From Natronospirales bacterium (GTDB lineage Bacteria; Pseudomonadota; Gammaproteobacteria; Natronospirales; REEB76), in contig JAKAXB010000011.1 of assembly GCA_021816765.1 (NCBI GenBank), positions 1,121-65,120 on the forward strand: a stretch of DNA of 64,000 nucleotides, given 5' to 3'. The notes below the pieces were generated by a model. That model saw nothing but the letters and a program-made list of their open reading frames with translations. It had not been told where the DNA came from and searched no databases. The stretch's first letter is position 1; each line of letters opens with the position of its first letter. Shown piece by piece: positions 58,582 through 64,000 of the stretch. Both the position numbers and the translations under genes were made by a program.

Positions 58582-59168
58582 TGGCTAAGCGCAGTTTCGA
58601 GTTCGGCGAACGTCCAGGCGACTCCGCTGGTATCCAGTGTCATATCCAGCTGCCGGCCGATGCGTGTTGCGGAGAAGATGCCGCGGATAGCGGGACCCGA
58701 TGGGGTGTGTTCAATGACGATGGCGTGCCGGCGGCCGGTGCGTTTCAGGGTTTCAATAATGTCGCCCACCTTCGCCATGGCCACATCCTCCATGGCTATG
58801 GCCTCGAGATGATCCCGCGGCGTCATGATGTCGCACACCAATACCTCGCCGCGACTCACGCCCATTTCGCGCTGGAACCGCATGGGGCGCATGCCCTTGA
58901 TGTCATTGAGGGTGATGAGCCCCAGGAGATCGCCCGGCTCATTCAATACGAACAAAAGCCGCACACCACCGTTTTTCATGCGCTCCTCGGCCTTGTCAAT
59001 AGACAGGTTGGGATCCACGCTGATCGCCGCCACGCGGCTCAAGTCCGTCATCACGTCAATGGCCGGATTCTGCACGGAAACCTGCCGCGGAAGCGTTTGG
59101 GTGGGGCGCATCAGAACAGTATCGGCGGGCGCCATCATCGCGGGCAATGTCTTGGATTTTTCAGTCAT
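58578..59168 (-). CDS. CBS domain-containing protein
   Basis: CBS pair: VMTDLSRVAAISVDPNLSIDKAEERMKNGGVRLLFVL...LLGLITLNDI and DIMTPRDHLEAIAMED... Confidence 0.85.
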   Translation of the reverse strand: MTEKSKTLPAMMAPADTVLMRPTQTLPRQVSVQNPAIDVMTDLSRVAAISVDPNLSIDKAEERMKNGGVRLLFVLNEPGDLLGLITLNDIKGMRPMRFQREMGVSRGEVLVCDIMTPRDHLEAIAMEDVAMAKVGDIIETLKRTGRRHAIVIEHTPSGPAIRGIFSATRIGRQLDMTLDTSGVAWTFAELETALSH

Positions 59169-59465
59169 GGGAACTTCCTGATTATTGTGCCCTGGGTACA
59201 GGGTTTACCTGTCATATATACATAGTCCGGCTCTCCGCCAATGGTATTCATGCCATCTGACTAAAGAGCAGACCCTTGGGGCGATGGAAAGTTTCCACAA
59301 ATAAATCCATTATGAATAAATGGTAATTATGCGCCGTCATGCTCAAGACGTCGTGTCCTGACCACCCGATTCGGACCACGCAATCACGTGGCCTGCGGTC
59401 ACGTCTGAGGGCATGTTACAATTGCATGTGTCAGCACACGCGAAATTGCAACTACCCCAATCGTC

Positions 59466-60377
59466 ATGTCGAAACAAATACGCATCACCAATGTGCATCT
59501 CGATCTTGGTTCCGGCAGGCGCGGTACTGACATGGGGTCGTCGGCGATGCATGTAGCCGGTGTAGTGCCGGCACTGGAGAAACTCGGGCACCGCGTGGTC
59601 GGCATGCATAACGTCGGTCAGATTTCCATGGAGTCGGCCGAGATCGGCCATCCCCACGCGCGCTACCTCGGTGTCATCAGTGAGGTGTGTCATGTGCTGG
59701 CCAACACCGTGGGTGACACGCTCGACAGGGGCGAATTTCCGCTGATTCTCGGCGGTGATCATTCCCAAGCCATCGGCTCGGTGGCCGGTGTGGCGCGTTA
59801 TGTGCGCCGGCAAGGCAAAGAACTGGGGCTTTTCTGGTGTGACGCGCATACCGACATGAACACGCCCGACACGAGTCCTTCCGGCAACATCCACGGCATG
59901 CCGCTCGCGGCCCTGCTCGGTATCGGCCCGCGTGAGCTCACCGAAATCAGCGGCCGCGCTCCCGCGGTGCAACCCGAACATGTGGTTATCTTCGGAGTAC
60001 GCCAAGTGGATGGCGAGGAAGCGAAACTCGTCAGGAAAACCGGGGTGCGCGTGTTCACCATGAGTGAAATAGACGCACGCGGTGCCGGCGCCTGTCTTGA
60101 GGAAGCCATGCAGATTCTCAATCGCGCCAGCGGCGGCATCCACCTTTCCTATGACCTGGATGGCTCCGACCCGGCGGTGGCACCGGGTGTCGGCACACCG
60201 GTACCGGGCGGACTCAATTTCCGCGAATCGCATCTGGTCTGCGAAACGCTGGCGAAGAGCGGGCGGCTCATCAGCATGGAAGTGGTGGAACTCAATCCCA
60301 CGCTGGACAGCGAGAACAAGACCGGAAAATTTGCAGTGTGGCTGATACAATCCGCACTGGGCCGCACGATACTCTGA
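59466..60377 (+). CDS. rocF: arginase
   Basis: LGGDHS, WCDAHTDMNTPDTSPSGNIHGMPLA, SYDLDGSDP and MEVVELNP are ureohydrolase Mn-binding motifs. Confidence 0.9.
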   Translation: MSKQIRITNVHLDLGSGRRGTDMGSSAMHVAGVVPALEKLGHRVVGMHNVGQISMESAEIGHPHARYLGVISEVCHVLANTVGDTLDRGEFPLILGGDHSQAIGSVAGVARYVRRQGKELGLFWCDAHTDMNTPDTSPSGNIHGMPLAALLGIGPRELTEISGRAPAVQPEHVVIFGVRQVDGEEAKLVRKTGVRVFTMSEIDARGAGACLEEAMQILNRASGGIHLSYDLDGSDPAVAPGVGTPVPGGLNFRESHLVCETLAKSGRLISMEVVELNPTLDSENKTGKFAVWLIQSALGRTIL

Positions 60378-60414
60378 GGCCGGGCTTCCCCGACCTTATC
60401 CAAGGAGGCGGTAC

Positions 60415-60771
60415 ATGGGTAACCGCGTAAAAGAATTCACCGAGTTCCGGTACAAGATGAATGAACGCATCCTCGCCGAGGACAATCGTGTCATCAAGCG
60501 CGTGTTCTCCGTGGACAGCCTCGCCTACCAGGAGGGTGCACTGCCGGCGAAAACCAAGGAATTGCTGGGCCTCACGGCATCCATGGTGCTGCGTTGCGAC
60601 GACTGCGTGGCGTACCACATCGGCCAATGTATGGAAAGCGGTTCCACCCGCGACGAAATCATCGAGGCCATGAGCGTGGCGTTGGTGGTGGGCGGTACTA
60701 TTGTGATCCCGCATCTGCGCCGCGCGGTGGCATTCCTGGACGAGATAAGCGGCGCAGCACCGGCGCGCTGA
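60415..60771 (+). CDS. carboxymuconolactone decarboxylase (AhpD-like) family protein
   Basis: AAGGAGG RBS. KELLGLTASMVLRCDDCVAYHIGQC contains the CxxC..H AhpD-like motif. Confidence 0.82.
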   Translation: MGNRVKEFTEFRYKMNERILAEDNRVIKRVFSVDSLAYQEGALPAKTKELLGLTASMVLRCDDCVAYHIGQCMESGSTRDEIIEAMSVALVVGGTIVIPHLRRAVAFLDEISGAAPAR

Positions 60772-60784
60772 CGGCCAAGGGCCG

Positions 60785-61675
60785 TCAGGTGCCCGGCGAC
60801 TGCACCAGCTGTTTCATCATCTGCAGATAGCGCCTGCGACCTTCCGCCTGATGGCCGTACCGGTTCATGTGGCCCGCGTGCATTTCCACAGACAGCAGCG
60901 CAATGCGTGCGGCGGGTGCTGGGTGGGTTGCAAGCAACAGCTGCATGCTACCGCTCTTGGGATCCATGCTTTCCAGCGTCTGCAGCACCGCCACCAATCC
61001 ATAAGGATCGTAGCCGGCACGCGCCGCCAGTACCACACCCATCCGATCCGCTGCAAACTCATCCTGTTTGTCCAGACCCCTGGAATACAGCACTCGTGTG
61101 GCGTTGGTCACTCTGTTAAAAAGCTCGGTGCTCCTGTTTTGTTGCTGCAGTTCGTATTGTACAGCCTGACCCAGGAGATCCAGTTGTGCGGCATGTTGCA
61201 GGGCCTTGAGCTGCTGTTTGAGAACCACGTGGCTGATCTCATGCCCGAGTGCGCCGGCAAGCTCCGCCTCGCTGCGCATGTGCAGCAGCAGCCCACGGGT
61301 GATAAACACATAGCCGCCCGGAACAGCGAAGGCATCAATGGAATTAGAATTCACCACGGCAAAATGCCAAGGCAAATCGGGACGCCCGCTCTGCAGGGCA
61401 ACCCACAAGCCCACGCGGTTGACATAGCGCTGGATGGCCGGATTGTTAATGGGCCTGGCGGCTCCGAGAAGTGTGGCCGCGGTGGCGTACCCGATCTGCT
61501 CCTCTTCCTGCAGGTCAGCGGGTCTGACTGCCTGCTTTACGGTCTTGAGGGTATTGAACAGAGCACCCATGTCAATCCCGCCACCGGCCGGGTTCGCCAC
61601 GCACGCGGTCAGCGCCAGCAGAAGAACCAGCGCCAACGGGTGCGCCACAACATTCAGTTTTGCGCGCACGCTCAT
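60785..61675 (-). CDS. M48 family zinc metalloprotease, probable lipoprotein
   Basis: Lipobox LLALTAC. HEISHV (HExxH), then FAADRMG. ATGA overlap with the upstream SH3 gene. Confidence 0.88.
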   Translation of the reverse strand: MSVRAKLNVVAHPLALVLLLALTACVANPAGGGIDMGALFNTLKTVKQAVRPADLQEEEQIGYATAATLLGAARPINNPAIQRYVNRVGLWVALQSGRPDLPWHFAVVNSNSIDAFAVPGGYVFITRGLLLHMRSEAELAGALGHEISHVVLKQQLKALQHAAQLDLLGQAVQYELQQQNRSTELFNRVTNATRVLYSRGLDKQDEFAADRMGVVLAARAGYDPYGLVAVLQTLESMDPKSGSMQLLLATHPAPAARIALLSVEMHAGHMNRYGHQAEGRRRYLQMMKQLVQSPGT

Positions 61676-62193
61676 GGCTGATTCCCCCTCATTTCCGGCA
61701 GATACGGGATCGGCTGCGCTTTCAGGCCGAGCTGTTGAGCAAACGCGCGCGCTTCCTCCGGCGTTGCGGTCCAGGCCCGAAGGCGGTTCACCGCCTGCGC
61801 ATCCGGTTTGGCATTGGCGATGTTGCCGGTGTTGAGTCCGCGCACGCCGGTGGTGGCGGTGGTACCGGTGGCGCCGGAACGTCCGCTCTCAAACAACTGA
61901 AAGACCCAGCCGAGGCCCCAGGTGCTGCCAGAGGTGCTGCTGCTGTTCAAGCGGATACTGGTCATGCGCAGCCAGCCGTCCTGGCCTGAATCCAGACGCA
62001 CGTGATACCAGCCACCTTGGCGCGAAAGGATGGTGATGCTGGTGCTGGCGGGTAGCGTGACAATGGTACCCGCATCGGAATACGGCGCGTTGTTGAGCGG
62101 CGTATCCATGATGGTCTGAGCGCTGGACTGCGAGGCCGCATGCACCCCCAGAGTCACCAGCAATATCAGCAGTATCAGTCCCCAACGTCTCAT
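61672..62193 (-). CDS. secreted bacterial SH3 domain-containing protein
   Basis: Signal peptide MRRWGLILLILLVTLGVHA. SH3b-like ILSRQGGWYHVRLDSGQDGWLRMTSIRL. ATGA overlap with the cyclase gene. Confidence 0.75.
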   Translation of the reverse strand: MRRWGLILLILLVTLGVHAASQSSAQTIMDTPLNNAPYSDAGTIVTLPASTSITILSRQGGWYHVRLDSGQDGWLRMTSIRLNSSSTSGSTWGLGWVFQLFESGRSGATGTTATTGVRGLNTGNIANAKPDAQAVNRLRAWTATPEEARAFAQQLGLKAQPIPYLPEMRGNQP

Positions 62194-64000
62194 ATCGTCT
62201 TCTCCCTAGGTTCAAACAGGTGCACCGCCTGTTCCCGTCCCTTTACTTTATAAGAGCCGCGGTCCACAAAGTCAAAAACATCTCCGCAGCGCTCCCGCGT
62301 GGCGGCCGACACCAGAATACGTGCCACGCCCCTGGTTTGGCTTTCGATGCGGCTGGCAAGATTGACGGTATCGCCGATGGCGGTGTAATCCAGCTTGTTC
62401 TCCGAACCCATGAAGCCCACCACCGCCCCACCGGTATGAATGCCGATGCCGGCATCAAAGGTGGCGGACAGTTCTCCCAGATCCCGGCGGAAGGTTTCCA
62501 GCACCTTACCCATTTCCAGTGCCGCCTGCACGGCATGCCTGGCTTGATCCGCATCCGGCACCGGCGCGCCCCAGAACGCCATGATGCAATCACCGATGAA
62601 CTTGTCCACGGTACCGCCGTGGCGGAAGATGACTTCCACCTGCCGCGAGAAGTAGCGGTTAAGCAGCGACACCACTTCTTCCGGCGTGCGCGTCTCGGAC
62701 AGCGCCGTGAAACCACGGATGTCGGAGAACAGCACCGTCAACTCGCGGCTTGTGGCGCTCTCGTCCAGCAGATTGCGCTGGCTCTTGACCAGATCGCTCA
62801 CCACGCGCGGATCCAGGAAACGGCCAAACAGGCTGATGGCGTACAGCCGGTCGCGGCGTTCACGGAAATAATCCGCGAGACCCATGGTGATAAAGAACAA
62901 CCACGCGATAATCAGCGGCTGGAACACCGGTACCAGCCAGCGGGCATTGAGCAGCGCATAGCCGATGGCAATCAGGACCGGGGTTATCGCGAACAGCAGA
63001 ATCCCGGTAGTGAGCAACCCGCGCCCCCACCAGAACAGCAACGCCACGCCTATGACCAGCACTGCCGTCAGCAATGGACCGACAAAACCCGGCGTTCGCC
63101 GCATCCAGTCGCCGTCCTTAAGGTTGGCGATGGCGGTTGCCACGATATACACGCCCGGATAGAGACTGCCGAGCGGGGTGACGCGCAGGTCGCCCAACTC
63201 CGGCGCATTGCTGCCAATAACGACGATTTTGTTCTTGAATTCATCCGCTGAGCGTATGTGCACACGACGCTCGAAATCCGTATAGACATCGTAATAAGAC
63301 ACATGCGGCATATCGTCGGCGGTACCGTGCCAGTTGAGCAGCATGCTGCGTCCCCGGGGTACACGAAATCCAAGCGCCCGGGCTACTTTGGCCGGCAGCG
63401 AAGGAATATGCCAGCCATAGGCATCGTAATAAAGGTAGTAACGACGCCCGACGCCGTCCCCATCCTGCAAAAAATTGATTACGCCGACACGCCCCGTCAT
63501 GGCAAGCGGCGGCAGCGGGAATTGCATGGCGACGCGCGCGTCGACAATGGCATGAGGTCCCGGCGTGAAATCGAAGCGCGGCGGATAATCCTTGATGGGC
63601 TCGTTCTTGCTGTCATCGGCGTGCTCGAGCCGCACCATCGGGAAAAATACCTTGTCGCTCGCGGTCGCCACCTTGATGAGGTACTGGTCGGATTCGGGAC
63701 GCAACAGGTCCGGGTCCACGAAATTCACGTCGAACACCACCGCCTCGGGATCCTCCGCCAGGATGCCCTGGAGCAGCTGGGCATGTACGGAACGCGGCCA
63801 AGGCCAATTACCCACTTCCTTCGACATCATGTACAAACTGCGTTCGTCTATATTGATTACCATTACATCGGGATCCGGGCGCTGCCTGGCGGCATGCGCT
63901 TTAACCATTTCGTCCTGCAAACGGTATTCGATCGGGCGCAGCACATGAAAGCCAAAGAAATTGACAAGAATGAACATGAAAAAGATGGCAAGGATGATCC
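62190..64000 (-). CDS. CHASE2 sensor domain-containing class III adenylate cyclase (N-terminus beyond window end)
   Basis: CHASE2-like periplasmic region, TM cluster, then cyclase core LTVLFSDIRGFTALSE...DKFIGDCIMAFWGAP...YTAIGDTVNLASR. The reading frame stays open upstream of the M at 63977 (…IILAIFFM…). Confidence 0.88.
   Translation of the reverse strand, partial: IILAIFFMFILVNFFGFHVLRPIEYRLQDEMVKAHAARQRPDPDVMVINIDERSLYMMSKEVGNWPWPRSVHAQLLQGILAEDPEAVVFDVNFVDPDLLRPESDQYLIKVATASDKVFFPMVRLEHADDSKNEPIKDYPPRFDFTPGPHAIVDARVAMQFPLPPLAMTGRVGVINFLQDGDGVGRRYYLYYDAYGWHIPSLPAKVARALGFRVPRGRSMLLNWHGTADDMPHVSYYDVYTDFERRVHIRSADEFKNKIVVIGSNAPELGDLRVTPLGSLYPGVYIVATAIANLKDGDWMRRTPGFVGPLLTAVLVIGVALLFWWGRGLLTTGILLFAITPVLIAIGYALLNARWLVPVFQPLIIAWLFFITMGLADYFRERRDRLYAISLFGRFLDPRVVSDLVKSQRNLLDESATSRELTVLFSDIRGFTALSETRTPEEVVSLLNRYFSRQVEVIFRHGGTVDKFIGDCIMAFWGAPVPDADQARHAVQAALEMGKVLETFRRDLGELSATFDAGIGIHTGGAVVGFMGSENKLDYTAIGDTVNLASRIESQTRGVARILVSAATRERCGDVFDFVDRGSYKVKGREQAVHLFEPREKTI

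Overview
GC-rich proteobacterial (gammaproteobacterium-like) chromosomal window. About half of it (13.5-46.3 kb) is one uninterrupted minus-strand translation/transcription supercluster. Its order is tRNA-Tyr/Gly/Thr, tufB, tRNA-Trp, secE, nusG, rplKAJL, rpoBC, rpsLG, fusA, tufA, then the S10, spc and alpha operons ending at rplQ. The left flank (0-13.4 kb) carries a DUF1993 gene fragment, pirin, a PLP-dependent decarboxylase, uvrA and mipA. It also carries a co-directional envelope cluster (ECF sigma, zf-HC2 anti-sigma, secreted protein, PAP2 phosphatase, two beta-barrel OMPs, one with a TPR N-domain) and a DUF62 SAM-hydrolase gene. The right flank (46.3-64 kb) carries pstSCA (no pstB) plus an OprD-type porin, wedged between tRNA-Thr(UGU) and the tRNA-Tyr-Gly-Thr-tufB unit. 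It continues with a SPOR protein, coaX, birA, plsY, marR plus a lipid kinase, an EamA transporter, an ArsR/SdpI-like pair, a CBS protein, arginase, an AhpD-like protein, and an M48 protease / SH3 protein / CHASE2 adenylate cyclase operon that runs off the window. No rRNA, CRISPR array, transposase or recognisable defence system was seen. The most unusual signals are non-coding or architectural. (1) A three-member family of structured GTGAGG/CCTCAC intergenic elements sits directly after the stop codons of fusA, rplA and nusG. (2) Perfect palindromes are centred on or span the nusG and rplA stop codons. (3) A long structured spacer with an extended -10 promoter lies between rpsJ and rplC, while tuf and rpsJ are only 6 nt apart. 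(4) The 5' half of tRNA-Trp is duplicated. (5) The Pho-box-bearing porin-pstSCA block appears inserted into the canonical thrU-tyrU-glyT-thrT-tufB tRNA operon. (6) The ECF/PAP2/beta-barrel/TPR-barrel cluster has no assigned function. All calls come from reading the sequence and the ORF track; no database search was run.
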